Positions 1 to 13,261 are shown, counted from the first letter of the stretch. The stretch: DNA of 64,000 nt from an uncultured cyanobacterium (GCA_963793265.1 CAWBZI010000006.1:128001-192000), one strand, 5' to 3'. Notes: a model not told the origin generated them from the letters alone. Program-made: numbers and translations.

Positions 1-327
1 GATATCCCTGTTGTTTGTAGGGGTGGCCGCTGATAGCAGTTAGACGAGGTGAACAGCCATGCTCAATTGTTAGTATCAATTGCTGACTTTATAGGCTGCT
101 CTCATAATACTTGTTTCAATTCTGGTTGATTCTAACAAGGCATTCCCAGGTCGGTAAGAGAAAGCGCCCACCTGAAGGGGGTTCCCTATCAAGTCTTCAT
201 CCTTGTTAACCAGAATTGAAGCAGAGATGATTAATCTTTGCTCCTGTAGATTATGCCCGGCCTATTTGACGCGCGATCGCTTCCATATCAAATAAAGTTC
301 GGTCTAACTCAAGCCAATCTAATTTGA

Positions 328-2307
328 TTAGTCCCTACCCAAGACGAATAATCCAATGCCATTGTTCACACGGGCCGCCGTACGAGGCTGACGATTGAGC
401 AGTTGCCCGCCTAAATAAAGGCTTGAAGAGCTACCGCCATCCAGGTTAAGCGCGTCTACTGCGCCGAGCTGCTGCATAATTTGAGCCGTTTCGCGCAGTG
501 TGGGGCCGCGTCCATTGACGCGATCGTGCATGGTGGCAATCACCCAGGAGCCATCTGCGAGCTTGCCGACTGCCGTGCGCGGAGCTGAGCCCTGAATAAA
601 GTTAGTGCTAAAGCCTTCGAGCTGCGGATTGAGGACGACATTGCGATCGCGTATCAACAAAGGCCCACCGCCTACAACATTAGGATACTGATCAAAGGCT
701 GACGGCTGACTCTGAGCATCCAAACTTACAAGCTGACCTGTAACAAACTTCTCAGAGGCACCGTTATTGCTACGAAAGGCTAGCAAATAACCGTCAGAGG
801 GAATCGCAATATTACCGCTACCGGCCTTACCCATCGTTCGCTTATTGCTAATGCTGCCATTGCGAACGGTCACCACCACTTCGCTGTCTACGATTGGGGT
901 ATAAGACGAGCCCCAGCCCGGCGTATAGCGACCGATTCCCGCCTGCACGTAGCCACTGTTCATTGCCAAAATTGGGAACGCCTCTCCTGACTCGGTTCTC
1001 GCCACTTCAGAGAGCACCAGCCGATCCATAATCAAGTCGCCCTGCTCATTCCAGGCCATTGCACCGCGACCTAAAATAGGGCCAGAAATCCACTGGCTAT
1101 CCCGGCGCAGCGCACCTAGCGGGAGCTGATTATTACGGTTAAAAAAGCCTGCATTTACAGCAGCAGCGACTCGCTGAGTTTGCGCCTGCGTCAGGATTGG
1201 TTCAATACCAATGGCGCTGTTGGGCTTGGCGTGAATAGGGCGCAGTGAGAGCGTAGCGGGGTTGGGCTGCACGATAAACATGTAGACCGGGAATCGATGA
1301 GTGCCGACAGCGATGTACTGCTGCCGCCAGCGCAGACCCGGAGCCCAAGCCACATCGCGCTCAACCATGGCATCTTTGCGAATATCGATGACGATTCGAG
1401 ACGGACTGCCGGTTGACCAAATCTGAGGACTCGCGCCGTCTTTAGTTCTAATTTTTAAGACCGTACGACCGTTCAGCGGCGCAACATGGAGCTGAGTGAG
1501 CAGGTTGCCAGAGATTGCTCTAAAAGCCCTAACCATTTGAGGCGTGATTGCGCCATCGATTGAAACGGTGTAGACATCGGCAGACTCCATTTGCCAGGTG
1601 GCCGGGCCAGTGAGATCGACGACGATGCGATCGCCCCAAGTCTGCTTACCCTGCCGGATACCCCCCACCCGAGACTGCGGCAAGTTGAGCTGCAACGTAT
1701 TACCCGCCGCCTGCCCCGTCCAGCCAGCCCGGCTTGCCAAATCACTAATATCTAAATATCGGTCGGTCGAATCCCACCAGGCAGGCAGCGTGATCGTTTC
1801 GTCTTGGGTACTAGGGAACCAGCGCACTGACTGCTGGGTTGGGTCGGCTGCATTCAGCAGCTCGACGCCTACTAGCTTAGATAGCGCCGCGCTGGAAACG
1901 CCGATACGTCCGTTTTTTTGCTGCCAGCGACCGGGGAGGGTGTGGCTGTTGAGGCGGATGCTGGTGCCGGACTGCTCGGAAGTGTTGGAGGCGATCGCAA
2001 CGGGCAGAGCAGGCTGAAGCTGAAACGGCTGAGGTGACTCAGTAGAGACGGTAGTTGCGCTTAGTGAACCGCTAGGAATAGCGGCAGGGTTACCAGCCAC
2101 CGCCTGAAGCGCTTTATCAGGAATAGCAGATGACGCTTTGGGCACCGAACGCAGCTCTACTGAATTGACGAGCGCCCAGCCGAATCCGGTTAGCAAACCA
2201 AAAGAAGCCAGTCTGATAGCGGCAACCTGCATGGCTCTTAAGTAGTTTGAAGACACGGGGCTAGGGCGCAGAAGCGTTTTAAGAGAGGTCTTAACGGGAA
2301 TAGCCAA
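328..2307 (-). CDS. Phosphodiester glycosidase (NAGPA/DUF2233) family protein, probably exported
   Basis: C-terminal motifs AAVNAGFF, PRTAVG and ALNLDGGSSS typical of the family; N-terminal hydrophobic segment; start codon uncertain. Confidence 0.8.
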   Translation of the reverse strand: MAIPVKTSLKTLLRPSPVSSNYLRAMQVAAIRLASFGLLTGFGWALVNSVELRSVPKASSAIPDKALQAVAGNPAAIPSGSLSATTVSTESPQPFQLQPALPVAIASNTSEQSGTSIRLNSHTLPGRWQQKNGRIGVSSAALSKLVGVELLNAADPTQQSVRWFPSTQDETITLPAWWDSTDRYLDISDLASRAGWTGQAAGNTLQLNLPQSRVGGIRQGKQTWGDRIVVDLTGPATWQMESADVYTVSIDGAITPQMVRAFRAISGNLLTQLHVAPLNGRTVLKIRTKDGASPQIWSTGSPSRIVIDIRKDAMVERDVAWAPGLRWRQQYIAVGTHRFPVYMFIVQPNPATLSLRPIHAKPNSAIGIEPILTQAQTQRVAAAVNAGFFNRNNQLPLGALRRDSQWISGPILGRGAMAWNEQGDLIMDRLVLSEVARTESGEAFPILAMNSGYVQAGIGRYTPGWGSSYTPIVDSEVVVTVRNGSISNKRTMGKAGSGNIAIPSDGYLLAFRSNNGASEKFVTGQLVSLDAQSQPSAFDQYPNVVGGGPLLIRDRNVVLNPQLEGFSTNFIQGSAPRTAVGKLADGSWVIATMHDRVNGRGPTLRETAQIMQQLGAVDALNLDGGSSSSLYLGGQLLNRQPRTAARVNNGIGLFVLGRD

Positions 2308-2479
2308 AGGTGGGAGGAGCGCAGTAAATGGGCTCGGTGAGTGAATTGCAAAAACTGACTGAAGGATATAGAGATGCTTGCAAAGATTCCGCTCTCAAGA
2401 TTCGCCTGAAATGGCTCTGACATCGACAAATCTTCTAAGAAAGTTACTTATGAATTGAGGATCGCTTGAGCGTTATTTG

Positions 2480-2616
2480 CCGAAGCCCTCACCCCAACCT
2501 TTTGAAGACACAATTTAGTGGCACCTCGGTAGCACAGTGCGTTTTCCCGAGAGGAGAGGGAGCCGGACTCAAAGTCCTTCTCCTTTCGGGAGAAGGATTT
2601 AGGATGAGGGCTTCGG
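2480..2616. repeat. REP-like palindromic element, family A, copy 1 (with ~42-bp internal insertion)
   Basis: 12-bp terminal inverted repeat CCGAAGCCCTCA/TGAGGGCTTCGG; internal hairpin TCCTTCTCC..GGGAGAAGGA; near-identical to 35665-35749. Confidence 0.75.
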
Positions 2617-3033
2617 GATATGGATGTTAGGCGTATTACTTAGCTGAATCTTACTTTTGCCGCCTCACCCCTGCTTGCCTTACAAGTGTTGCAAAGCAGC
2701 GCTGACGAATATAGTCATCTGCTGACAGTGTTTTGATTGGCCTTTTACCAAAGACCATAATCTCCCAAGCGAAGTCTCTACGACGCCGTAAAAACACGCA
2801 GGCTTCACACAGCATTCGTCACGCAACCTTAACTATTTTTAGCAGATCATATGTACTATTACGCACAATGTCAAATCGCTAGAACGTTCTCATATAGGCA
2901 GCTCTTAAAAGCTCACAGCCATCGCTTGAGCAAGAAAAAGTGCGCTATGTAGCGTATCGGACTTCAATGTTCCTTAATACTTCTCTATAATATGTAAACT
3001 GTTTTTGCCGTCTTCTTATTAGGTAACACGCGC

Positions 3034-6000
3034 GTGATTCTCAACCCAACAACTTTTCAGACCGATGTACTAGAAGACTTAGGGCCGAGCTGGCTTGTAG
3101 AAGAGCGCGATGCCTGCGGCGTTGGATTTATTGCAGACCAACAGGGACGCGCGAGCCACAAGCTAGTGGTTGATACCCTCACAGCTTTGAACTGCATGGA
3201 GCATCGGGGCGGCTGCTGCGCAGATCAAGATTCTGGCGATGGGGCTGGAATTATGACGGCGATTCCATGGGAACTGCTGGGAAAGTGGGCTGAGGAGAAA
3301 GGGCTAGAGAAGTTGGTGCCTGGGAAGACGGGTGTGGCGATGGTGTTTTTGCCGCAGCAGGCAGAGGATGCGAAAACGGCGCGTGAGATTTTTGAGCAGG
3401 CGGTGGCGGATACGGGGCTGGCGTTTTTGGGCTGGCGTGAGGTGCCGGTTGCGCCTGAGACGCTGGGGCCGCTGGCGCTGAAGTTTCAGCCGCAGGTTGA
3501 GCAGGCGGTGGTAGTGTCTGAAGCACTAGAAGAAGATGCTTTGGAGCGATCGCTATTTATCGCCCGTCGTAGATTTGAGCAAAACCGCACCAAGCAGGCT
3601 AAAGCATCCGGCAGCGCGCACCTATCCGACGCCTATGTCTGCTCATTTTCAGGCCGCACCATTGTATATAAGGGCATGGTGCGCTCGGCGGTGCTCAGTG
3701 AGTTTTACAAGGATTTGCAAAACGAAGACTTTAAGAGTGCCTTTGCAGTCTATCACCGCCGGTTTAGCACCAATACGCTGCCAAAGTGGCCGCTGGCACA
3801 CCCAATGCGATTGCTAGGGCACAACGGCGAAATTAATACGCTGATCGGTAATATCAACTGGATGAGCGCTCGCGAAGCGAATTTGGCACACCCAAGTTGG
3901 GGTGATGATTTGGCGCTGCTGAAGCCGGTGGTGGATGCAGAAAATAGTGATTCTGCCAACTTAGATAACGTGATGGAGCTGTTGGTAAGAACTGAAAGGT
4001 CGCCTGCCCAAGCGCTCACAATGATGGTGCCAGAGGCGTATCACAACCAGCCTGAGCTAGCCAAGTATCCTGAAATTGTTGACTATTACGAGTACTACAG
4101 CAGCATTCAAGAGCCCTGGGACGGCCCGGCTTTGATTGTGTTTTGCGATGGTAAACAGGTGGGGGCAACGTTGGATCGTAACGGCTTGCGGCCTGCGCGC
4201 TATGTGATTACGAAAGACGGCTATGTGGTGGTGTCTTCAGAAGCGGGCGTCGTTGATATCCCAGTTGAAAATATTGTTGAGAAAGGTCGGCTAGGGCCAG
4301 GTCAAATGCTGGCCGTGAACTTTGTAGACAGTCACGAGATTTTGCACAACTGGGAGATTAAGCAGCGAATCGCCAAAGCGCAGCCTTACGGTAAGTGGCT
4401 GAATGAACGGCGCGTGGAAATTACGCCGCAGATGTTTAGCGAGGAAACTTGGCTTGAGCCGCAGACGTTGCTAACGCAGCAAACGGCGTTTGGCTACACC
4501 GCTGAAGATGTGGACATGATTATTGAGGACATGGCCGCGCAGGGAAAAGAGCCGACTTTTTGCATGGGTAATGACACGCCGCTGGCTGTGCTCTCTGACA
4601 AGCCTCACCTTTTATATGACTACTTCAAGCAGCGATTTGCCCAGGTTACTAATCCACCCATCGATCCTTTGCGCGAGCGGCTGGTCATGTCGCTTTCTAC
4701 TCAGCTAGGGGCGCAGGGGAATTTGTTGGAAGAGCATCCTGAGCAGGCGCGGCTGCTGAAGCTGGCGTCTCCAGTGATTAATGACACGGAGATGGAGCAG
4801 ATTCGCAAGTCTGATTTTCCGGTGGGCGAGCTTTCGACACTGTATGCGGTTGAAGGTGGGCCGAAGGGATTGGAGGAGGCGATCGCGGCTCTATGTGATC
4901 GCGCCGCTGAGTCGGTGAAAGCGGGCACTCAAATTTTGATATTAAGCGATCGCCTGGACGCAGACGGCAATCTCACCACCCTTTCCGATCAGCAAACCTA
5001 CATTCCCCCGCTCGTCGCAGTCGGCGCAGTTCATCACGGGTTGATCAAACGCGGGCTCAGGATGCAAGCGTCATTAATTGTTGATACCGCTCAGTGCTGG
5101 AGCACCCATCACTTTGCCTGCCTGCTTGGCTACGGTGCGACGGCGATTTGTCCTTACCTCACTTTAGAGAGCGTTCGCCACTGGTGGGCCGAAGAGAAAA
5201 CTCAAAAGCAAATGAAGTCGGGCAAGCTGCCGGTTGCTACGCTTAACGGGGCGCAGGATAACTACCGTAAAGCGATTGATAACGGCCTGCTGAAAATTCT
5301 CTCGAAGATGGGCATCTCGTTACTAAGCAGCTATCGCGGTGCGCAAATTTTTGAGGCGGTGGGCATTGGCGCAGATCTCAAAGACACTGCCTTTAAAGGA
5401 AGCGTGTCTCGCTTGGGTGGTTTGACGATTGAAGAACTTGCGCAAGAAACAATGTCGTTTCATGAGAAAGCGTTTCCTGAGCTGACTCGTAAACGGTTAG
5501 AGAATATGGGATTTGTGCAGTCTCGGCCCTCTGGCGAGTATCACATGAACAACCCAGCAATGACAAAGTTGTTGCATAAAGCGGTTGAAACAAAACAGTA
5601 CGACCACTACGAGGTTTATCGCGAACAGCTTAGCGGACGGCCTGTTGCGGCGTTAAGAGATCTGTTGGACTTTAAAGGCGATAGAGAATCTATTGATGTT
5701 TCTGAAGTTGAATCTGTTGAATCGATTATGCGACGATTCTGCACAGGTGGAATGTCTTTGGGTTCTCTTTCACGGGAGGCGCACGAGACGTTAGGTATCG
5801 CCATGAACAGAATTGGCGGTAAGTCTAACTCTGGTGAAGGCGGCGAAGATCCGGTTCGATTCAAGATATTAGATGACGTAGACGGCGAAGGTTTGTCGGA
5901 TACGCTGCCTCACTTGAAAGGGTTAGAAAACGGAGATACCGCGTCTTCGGCAATTAAGCAGGTGGCCTCAGGTCGGTTTGGCGTAACGCCTGAGTATCTG

Positions 6001-7683
6001 ATGAGCGCGCGGCAAATTGAGATCAAGATGGCTCAGGGTGCTAAGCCAGGCGAAGGCGGGCAGTTACCGGGCAAGAAAGTGAGTGAGTATATTGCTTCAC
6101 TGCGTAACTCAAAGCCGGGGGTGACCTTGATTTCGCCGCCGCCGCATCACGACATTTACTCGATTGAAGATCTCTCTCAGCTAATCTTTGACCTACACCA
6201 AATCAACCCTAAAGCGGGCGTTTCGGTGAAGCTCGTGGCTGAAGTTGGGATTGGTACTATCGCAGCCGGTGTGGCTAAAGCGAATGCAGATGTGATTCAG
6301 ATTTCGGGACATGACGGCGGTACGGGCGCGTCGCCATTGAGTTCGATTAAACACGCGGGAATGCCCTGGGAGCTGGGCTTAACTGAAGTACATCGATCTT
6401 TGATGGAAAATCAGCTACGTGACAGAGTGACCCTCAGAGTAGACGGCGGGCTTAAAACTGGCTGGGACGTCATTATGGGCGCGTTAATGGGCGCTGAAGA
6501 ATACGGCTTTGGCTCGATTGCGATGATTGCTGAAGGCTGTATTATGGCTCGCGTTTGCCATACCAATCAGTGTCCGGTAGGCGTGGCGACTCAGCAGGAG
6601 ACTTTGCGCAAGCGGTTCTCTGGGACGCCGGGTAAGGTGGTGAATTTCTTTTACTTTATTGCAGAAGAGGTGCGATCGCTGCTGGCAAAGCTAGGCTACA
6701 AGTCTTTGATCGAAGTCGTCGGGCGAGCTGATTTGCTGGTGCCTCGTGATGATGTATCGCTAGCAAAAACGAAGGCGCTGGATCTTTCGGCGCTGGTGGT
6801 GCTGCCTGATGTGAAGAGCGATCGCACCTGGCTAGATCACGGCGATATTCACACTAATGGCCCTGTATTAGACGATGAGATTTTGGCCGATCAGGAAATT
6901 GCGCTGGCGATTACTCAGCAGGAGCCGATTGACCGAAGCTGGGATGTGATTAATACTGACCGGACGGTGGGGGCTCGGGTGTCGGGTGTGATCGCCAAAA
7001 AGTATGGCAACCACGGCTTCAAAGGCCAGCTCAACTTCACCTTTAACGGCAGCGTCGGTCAGAGCTTTGGCGCGTTCAACCTTGATGGCATGAACCTTAC
7101 TTTAATCGGTGAGGCTAATGACTACGTAGGGAAAGGCATGAACGGCGGCGAGATTGTGATTAAGCCGTTTGAGGGTGTGACTTACGAGACGAGTAAGAAC
7201 GTGATTGTCGGAAACACCTGCCTTTATGGGGCTACGGGTGGCACTTTGTATGCCAACGGTATTGCGGGCGAGCGGTTTGGGGTGCGTAACTCCAAAGGTA
7301 AGGCCGTGATTGAAGGGGCAGGCGATCACTGCTGCGAGTATATGACTGGCGGCGTAATTGTTGTACTTGGCGGCGTGGGTCGCAACGTTGGTGCAGGCAT
7401 GACGGGTGGTTTGGGCTACTTCTTAGATGAAGTAGGAGACTTTCAGACTCGGGTGAATCCTGAGATTGTGCAGGTGCAGCGGGTGCTTACTGACGCGGGC
7501 GCGCAGCAGCTTAAAGGCTTGATTGAGGCTCATGCTGAGAAGACGGGCAGCGCGAAGGCGAAGGCGATTTTGGCTGATTGGGAGGAATATTTGCCGAAGT
7601 TTTGGCAGGTGGTGCCACCTTCTGAGGCTGATAGTGCTGAGGCTGGGGTGCAGCAGGAGAAGGTGACGAGCGCGGTGGGCTAG
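3034..7683 (+). CDS. glsF: Ferredoxin-dependent glutamate synthase (Fd-GOGAT)
   Basis: ERDACGVGF Ntn-amidotransferase start, [37 protein letters not shown] 3Fe-4S motif; 1549 aa; no gltD small subunit adjacent. Confidence 0.93.
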   Translation: MILNPTTFQTDVLEDLGPSWLVEERDACGVGFIADQQGRASHKLVVDTLTALNCMEHRGGCCADQDSGDGAGIMTAIPWELLGKWAEEKGLEKLVPGKTGVAMVFLPQQAEDAKTAREIFEQAVADTGLAFLGWREVPVAPETLGPLALKFQPQVEQAVVVSEALEEDALERSLFIARRRFEQNRTKQAKASGSAHLSDAYVCSFSGRTIVYKGMVRSAVLSEFYKDLQNEDFKSAFAVYHRRFSTNTLPKWPLAHPMRLLGHNGEINTLIGNINWMSAREANLAHPSWGDDLALLKPVVDAENSDSANLDNVMELLVRTERSPAQALTMMVPEAYHNQPELAKYPEIVDYYEYYSSIQEPWDGPALIVFCDGKQVGATLDRNGLRPARYVITKDGYVVVSSEAGVVDIPVENIVEKGRLGPGQMLAVNFVDSHEILHNWEIKQRIAKAQPYGKWLNERRVEITPQMFSEETWLEPQTLLTQQTAFGYTAEDVDMIIEDMAAQGKEPTFCMGNDTPLAVLSDKPHLLYDYFKQRFAQVTNPPIDPLRERLVMSLSTQLGAQGNLLEEHPEQARLLKLASPVINDTEMEQIRKSDFPVGELSTLYAVEGGPKGLEEAIAALCDRAAESVKAGTQILILSDRLDADGNLTTLSDQQTYIPPLVAVGAVHHGLIKRGLRMQASLIVDTAQCWSTHHFACLLGYGATAICPYLTLESVRHWWAEEKTQKQMKSGKLPVATLNGAQDNYRKAIDNGLLKILSKMGISLLSSYRGAQIFEAVGIGADLKDTAFKGSVSRLGGLTIEELAQETMSFHEKAFPELTRKRLENMGFVQSRPSGEYHMNNPAMTKLLHKAVETKQYDHYEVYREQLSGRPVAALRDLLDFKGDRESIDVSEVESVESIMRRFCTGGMSLGSLSREAHETLGIAMNRIGGKSNSGEGGEDPVRFKILDDVDGEGLSDTLPHLKGLENGDTASSAIKQVASGRFGVTPEYLMSARQIEIKMAQGAKPGEGGQLPGKKVSEYIASLRNSKPGVTLISPPPHHDIYSIEDLSQLIFDLHQINPKAGVSVKLVAEVGIGTIAAGVAKANADVIQISGHDGGTGASPLSSIKHAGMPWELGLTEVHRSLMENQLRDRVTLRVDGGLKTGWDVIMGALMGAEEYGFGSIAMIAEGCIMARVCHTNQCPVGVATQQETLRKRFSGTPGKVVNFFYFIAEEVRSLLAKLGYKSLIEVVGRADLLVPRDDVSLAKTKALDLSALVVLPDVKSDRTWLDHGDIHTNGPVLDDEILADQEIALAITQQEPIDRSWDVINTDRTVGARVSGVIAKKYGNHGFKGQLNFTFNGSVGQSFGAFNLDGMNLTLIGEANDYVGKGMNGGEIVIKPFEGVTYETSKNVIVGNTCLYGATGGTLYANGIAGERFGVRNSKGKAVIEGAGDHCCEYMTGGVIVVLGGVGRNVGAGMTGGLGYFLDEVGDFQTRVNPEIVQVQRVLTDAGAQQLKGLIEAHAEKTGSAKAKAILADWEEYLPKFWQVVPPSEADSAEAGVQQEKVTSAVG

Positions 7684-7689
7684 GGCGGA

Positions 7690-7833
7690 ACCCACCCCAC
7701 TCTGCGGGTACCCCTCCGAGAAGGGGATCTATTTCAGGCGATGAAGATAGAGGCGGTCTACCACGATCCCATAACACCCCGCAGCCGATAAATCCCCTCC
7801 TCGGAGGGGTGGCGCGCAGCGACGGGGTGGGTC
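7690..7833. repeat. REP-like inverted-repeat pair, family B, between convergent genes
   Basis: ACCCACCCC..CCCCTCCGAGAAGGGGAT facing ATCCCCTCCTCGGAGGGG..GGGGTGGGT; 28-bp segment recurs at 13372-13399. Confidence 0.65.
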
Positions 7834-7956
7834 AGCAACCTCTGCTTACAGCCGATCTCTTACGCTAAATGCGTACCCAACAGTACCATGCATCTACAAC
7901 AACTATAGGAATCAAGACAGTTACAACAATCACTAAAGCTTAGATATACAACAGAG

Positions 7957-8391
7957 CTAGGAATTGTTGTACATCTCGTCTGGAATCAATCTTTTACCAT
8001 AGCTGACTACTTTGTCTTGAGTGAAACCGATGGATTCATAGAACTCAATGGCTTCGGCATTATCAAGCCGAATTTGAAGGTTTATCTTTGGGCATCCCAC
8101 ACTCAATAAGTGCTGTTCAGCTTTTGCCATCAGCTCACAACCAAGCCCTTTCCGCTGATGCGCTGGGTCGATTGCCAGGTAGTTTATCCAGCCGCGATGG
8201 CCATCATATCCAATCATGACTGAAGCGACTATCTCGTTGTCTATCAATCCCACTAAAAACCCTTCGGGCTGAGCCTTTAGCTTACGCTGAATATCAAGCT
8301 GAGGATTGTTCCAAGACCGCGTGAGCCCGCAGCGATTCCATAGCTGAACGGCGGCGGTTGTATCGCTGTCCTGAAAAGATCGGATGAGCAT
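7957..8391 (-). CDS. GNAT acetyltransferase (YpeA-like)
   Basis: GYDGHRGWINYLAIDP, QRKGLG acetyl-CoA motif, GCPKINLQI. Confidence 0.85.
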   Translation of the reverse strand: MLIRSFQDSDTTAAVQLWNRCGLTRSWNNPQLDIQRKLKAQPEGFLVGLIDNEIVASVMIGYDGHRGWINYLAIDPAHQRKGLGCELMAKAEQHLLSVGCPKINLQIRLDNAEAIEFYESIGFTQDKVVSYGKRLIPDEMYNNS

Positions 8392-8408
8392 ACTATTTCC
8401 CTTTGGCG

Positions 8409-9014
8409 CTATCGAGGCAAAACGTCCCTCAAACAGAATTTAAGATTAGGCAGTAAGGGTGAGGAGATAATCTCTTCTAGTCGATATTGTTGTTGCTGGT
8501 ACTCGTCTCCCTTTAACTGACAAACGGTGAGAGTAGGTTGCTTGGGCTTACCGATAAAGATTGTTCCGCCTAAGCCTCTAAAGTCAGCAATCCAGTATTC
8601 ACGAATGCCCAATACGGCATATTCTTCTACTTTTCGAGCGTAGTCAGTTTCCCAGTTAGTGCTCACCACCTCTACTGCTAGCTTGATAGAACGGCCCAGC
8701 GTAATAACCGGCTCTCTTTCCCAAAGTGGCTCGTTCACCAAAGCAGTTTCGTCTAGAACAACGATATCTGGGCGGCGAGCAGTGGCCGTTTCGCCGGAAG
8801 AACGAATGAGGCAGGTGCGAGGAATGAACCAGGGAAGCTGCGCGTTGGTAATCGCTGCGCTAATTTTGGCTGCTATTTTGCCACCGACCGCTTCGTGGGG
8901 GCCAGTCGGTTCCATATCTATAAGATCTCCGTCTGCTAGCTCGTAGCGAGGATTATCGCCGTATTGGGCGATAAAGTCGTTGAAAGTAAGCGGTTTATTG
9001 AGCGTGTAGGTCAT
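8409..9014 (-). CDS. Uma2 (DUF820) family putative endonuclease
   Basis: RYELADG, RRPDIVV, LAVEVVS, DYARKVEEYAVLGIREYWI PD-(D/E)xK-like motifs. Confidence 0.9.
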   Translation of the reverse strand: MTYTLNKPLTFNDFIAQYGDNPRYELADGDLIDMEPTGPHEAVGGKIAAKISAAITNAQLPWFIPRTCLIRSSGETATARRPDIVVLDETALVNEPLWEREPVITLGRSIKLAVEVVSTNWETDYARKVEEYAVLGIREYWIADFRGLGGTIFIGKPKQPTLTVCQLKGDEYQQQQYRLEEIISSPLLPNLKFCLRDVLPR

Positions 9015-9057
9015 AAGGCTAGGTTAGCAAAGATGGGCTACGAGATGATAGGAATAT

Positions 9058-12000
9058 CTAGGCGACTAGGCTAACGACGGTGGCGATGAGTTCGTCTATG
9101 CTGGTGGGTTTGACGAGGTGGTATTGAAAACCGGCGAGGAGGAGGTTTTCGGTGTCGCTGACGGCGGCGTAGCCAGTGAGGGCGATCGCAGGCACCTGTC
9201 CACCGGCTTCTTCAGGGCGCGATCGCACCCACTCAATCAAAGTCAAACCCGTCCTGGCCTGGCAAACTAATGTCGCTGATAATCAAATCAGGCATTCCTT
9301 GTTCGGTGATGTGTGCGATCGCCCCACCCACCGAAGTCGCTGTTATCACCGTAGCCTGCTGCGCCTCTAGCGTGACCGTCAAAATATCTAAGTTGTCAGG
9401 GTCATCTTCAACCACCAGTATTTGCAAATCGCCCAGCAAATTTTCACCGACAAACGGCGGTGTCGTCGTCGCAATGGGTCGTACAGCGACCGTCAACGGC
9501 AGCAAAATGGTCAGCGTTGCACCAGCGCCTAGTCCAGAAGAGTCCATTGTCACCGAGCCTTCATGAGCTTCTACAAACACTTTAATAATCGCTAGCCCTA
9601 AACCCAGGCCCGAGTACTGCCGCGTATTAGAGCTATCGGCCTGACGAAACCTGTCGAACACATAGGGAAGAAACTCAAGATCAATACCTTTACCCGTATC
9701 GCGCACCTGAATTTGGGCCTGCTGTTCGGTATAGCTGAGTGAGATTTCGACTTCGCCACCCTCCGGCGTGAACTTAATCGAGTTAGAGAGCGCGTTGTTG
9801 AATACCTGCTGCAATCGCTCAGGATCAAAATAGTAGTAGTCAGGCGCTTCGGCTAAGTTAGCCACCAGCCGAATACCGACACTCTCTGCAACCGGCAAAA
9901 TACCTTCCACCACATCAGCAACTAGCTCAGTGAGATCTACCGCCCGGCGCTGTAGCGATAGCTGCCCCTGAATAATGCGAGAGACTTGGAGCAAATCTTC
10001 AATAATGCGCGTTTGCGTTTGGGCGCTACGCTCAATACTGGTCAGCGCTCGCTGTTGCAAAACAGGATCGGCACTAGATTGATTTAAAAGAATCTCTGTC
10101 CAGCCCAAAATGGCGTTGAGCGGCGTGCGCAGTTCGTGAGAGAGCACTGACAAAAACTCGTCTTTACTAGCGTTGGCCGACTCGGCTTCTACTCTAGCGG
10201 CTCTCTCTTGCACAAGCTGCAACCGCTCCTGCTCGGCCCTCTTGCGCTTGGTAATATCTTCAATCGCCAGCAAAATCATAGAAGAATCATCTTGTTCGGC
10301 TAGCTGTGAGTGCTGCTGTGTCCCCTGTTCGATATAGCGCGCGTTGAGCAGCAGCGTTTTACGGCCACCCTGTTCAAAGTTGTGCTCCACCTCAATATCT
10401 TGAAGCGGGAAACCCTCGGCTAGCAAATTTTCTAAAGCCGCCCGCAGCACTGGAATGTTCCACTGACCACCGCCGACATCCAGCAGCCGCTGGCCTTCGG
10501 TTTCAGCAGCAGAGCCTTGTGTAAACTCGTAAAAAGCACGGTTAGCCGTTTTTATTTGGAGCTGAGCGTTGAGCACAATTAGCGGCTCTCGCACCGTTTC
10601 AACAATACTCTCTGCATAGAATCGAGATGCCTCAAGCTGCTGCAACGTCCGCTTAATATCGTCAATATCTACCAGCGCCATCACCGCGCCATCAATTTGA
10701 TTATCGGCGGTGCGGTAGGGCCGAATGCGCAGCCGGTACCAGTGCCCTTCACTATCTTGCACTTCACGCTGCTGGGCATCGAGCGTGTTGATCACACCCG
10801 AGATAAGGGTTTCAAGGTCGGGAATATCCAGATCAAAGCGAATGTTGCTGATTGGCCTACCTACGTCTGTGGGAATAAAGTTGAACAGACGCTGTGCGGT
10901 CGGGGTGAAGCGGCGAATGCACAGGTCGCTTGAGAGCATGACCACTGGAATGCTGACGTTGTTGAGCAGGTTGATTAGGTCGTCGTTAATAGAGCGGGTG
11001 TCGAGGTTGCGGCTCTGTAGCTCTTCGTTGGTGGTTTTTAGCTCTTCGTTGGCCGCCTGAATCTCTTCTTTGGCGGTTTGTAGCTCTTCGTTGGTGCTTT
11101 GTAGCTCCTCGTTACTCGATAAAATCTCTTCGTTGGCGGTCGTCAGGCGCTGGTTGGCCGCATTGTGTTCTTCTATGGTGGCCTGCAAGTAGGTTTGAGT
11201 ATCGAGCAGCTCTTGGCGAACCCCGGCAAGCTCTCTTTCGAGCCGGGTAATGTCAGGGCGGCTAGTAGGCGTGCTTTCTGCTTGGGGGCGATCGCTCACC
11301 GAATCGGCCAGCACCAAATCCCCTTCTTCAAACAGCACAATGTAGCAGCGCTCTTGCGACAGCGGATTTTTAATCGGTGTGACTTCTATATGAACGTAGC
11401 GCGCCGACCCTTCTATCAGCAGATTTTCTTCTCTGATTGTCGTCACCTGCTGTTTGGCCCGCTCAACTGCCGAACGAACTTCGATCAGCAGGCTAGGCCG
11501 CAGCATTTTGAGAAAATTAAAGCTAGGCTCGCCGGGCGCAGGTCTGAGATAGGGGCTCGTATCGCCGCGGAAGTGTAAGATATCGAGCTGATTGTTAATC
11601 ACTACACCCGACGGAGCATAGCGGTTGAGCATCACTTGATCGGCCTGACGCTGCACGTTTGAGTAACCGGTGAGCTGAGCAGGAACGCCCTCGGCTATCG
11701 ACGTGGGATGGAGAGCGGCGCTGTCGCTGGTGATAAAGTCAAAGCTAAGCCGGTTAGCGACCGAAGCGCGGGTGTAAGCTTTATGCTTTTTATCGACCAC
11801 TTCAAACATATCGGAGGTTTCACCAATGCTCTCGGAGCTGCCGAGCCAGAGAAAGCCGGTAGCGTTAAGGCTATAGTGAAAAATCGCTAGCACTCTTTTT
11901 TGCAGCGCGGACGTGAAGTAAATCAGCACGTTGCGGCAGCTAATAAAGTCGATATTAGAAAAAGGCGCGTCGCTGCTGAGATTTTGGCGTGCAAAAACGC

Positions 12001-13261
12001 AGGATTCTCGAATCGCTTTACTGATTTGATAGCCGCCATCAACTTTGGTAAAAAAGCGCTGGCGGCGCTCAGGAATAACGCCGCTGAGCTGGTTTTCGGT
12101 ATAGATGCCTTTGCGCGCAACGTTAACCACGTCTTCGTTGACATCAGTACCAAATATTTGAATAGAGAGATTGATATTTTGGCTGTAGAGATATTCGCTC
12201 AGGGCGATCGCAATCGAATAGCACTCCTGCCCAGTTGAGCAGCCTGCCACCCAAATCCGAATAGAGGCATCAAGTCCTTTTTGCTCAACGAGCGTCGGAA
12301 AGATAGTCTCTTTTAAGAAAACGAACGTGTCAGGATCGCGAAAAAAGCTTGTCACCGAGATCAGCACGTCGCGGTGGAGCGCTCTGATCTCAGCCGGGTC
12401 TTGCTTTAAAAGCTTGACGTAGCTCTCAACCGAATTCTTTTGGTAAAGTGCCATGCGCCGCTGCATTCTGCGCTCAAACGTGGCCCGCTTGTACTGACTA
12501 AAGTCGGTACCCGTCGCAGCTCGTAGCAGCGAATAAACCATCGAGAGATCGGCAGTGCTCGTAGACTCTGGCGCGTCTGGCAACAGCTCAGGTGAAGGAT
12601 CTGCAAAAGGATCTGTTGCGGGGACGGGTTGGTCTGGTTGAGGCGTTGGAACGGCTTGAGAAACGTAGGGATGCTGAACAATGTCAATCAGCTTGCGGCC
12701 AATTTCAGCAGGCGACAAAATGAAGTCAACAAACCCAGTCTCCACGGCGGTATTTGGCATTTCGCCATACTCAGCAGAATCTTGAGTTTGGGCAAAGGTA
12801 ATGCCGCCTGCCTGCTTAATTAGCTCTAGCCCACGCGCACCGTCACCGTCTAACCCTGAGAGCACTACACCGATGGCGCGGTTGCGGTAGGCGGCGGCTA
12901 AAGATGTCATGAAAATGTCGATTGACATAAAGGGGCGATCGCTAGCCTCTCTCGGCGCAAGCTGAAGGCGATCTTCAACAATCGTCATCCGCGCGTTTGG
13001 CGGAATCACATATACATGGCCGGGCTCTATTACCTGATCGTGCGTCGCTTCTTGAACGCTCAGCGCCGTCTCGCGCGCTAGGATTTGGCTGAGCATACTT
13101 GGCGCGTCGGCCCCCAAATGCTGCACGACAATCACAGCTAGATTCGTATCTGCGCTCAGCTCGCGTAATAGCGCCGAGCAAGGCTTAATTCCACCGGCAG
13201 ATGCGCCTACTGCAACGACAGAGAAGGCTCGCAAATTCTGATCTGGGGGCAAATCAGACAT
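9058..13261 (-). CDS. CheB/CheR-PAS-histidine kinase-receiver hybrid; receiver domain split by a +1 frameshift near 9245-9250 (ORFs 9233-13261 and 9058-9246)
   Basis: CheB GASAGG/QH/DG triad, CheR WVAGCSTG and [21 protein letters not shown] coiled coil, SHELRTPL H-box, GLGLGL; receiver EDD...SD continues as PAIALTGYA...LVKP in another frame. Confidence 0.88.

Noticed and set aside
1..327. Possible gene at the window start
   Set aside because: The minus-strand frames checked by hand hit stops early and the ORF track lists nothing here
9058..9246. 62-aa ORF as a stand-alone gene
   Set aside because: It is the missing second half of the upstream kinase receiver domain
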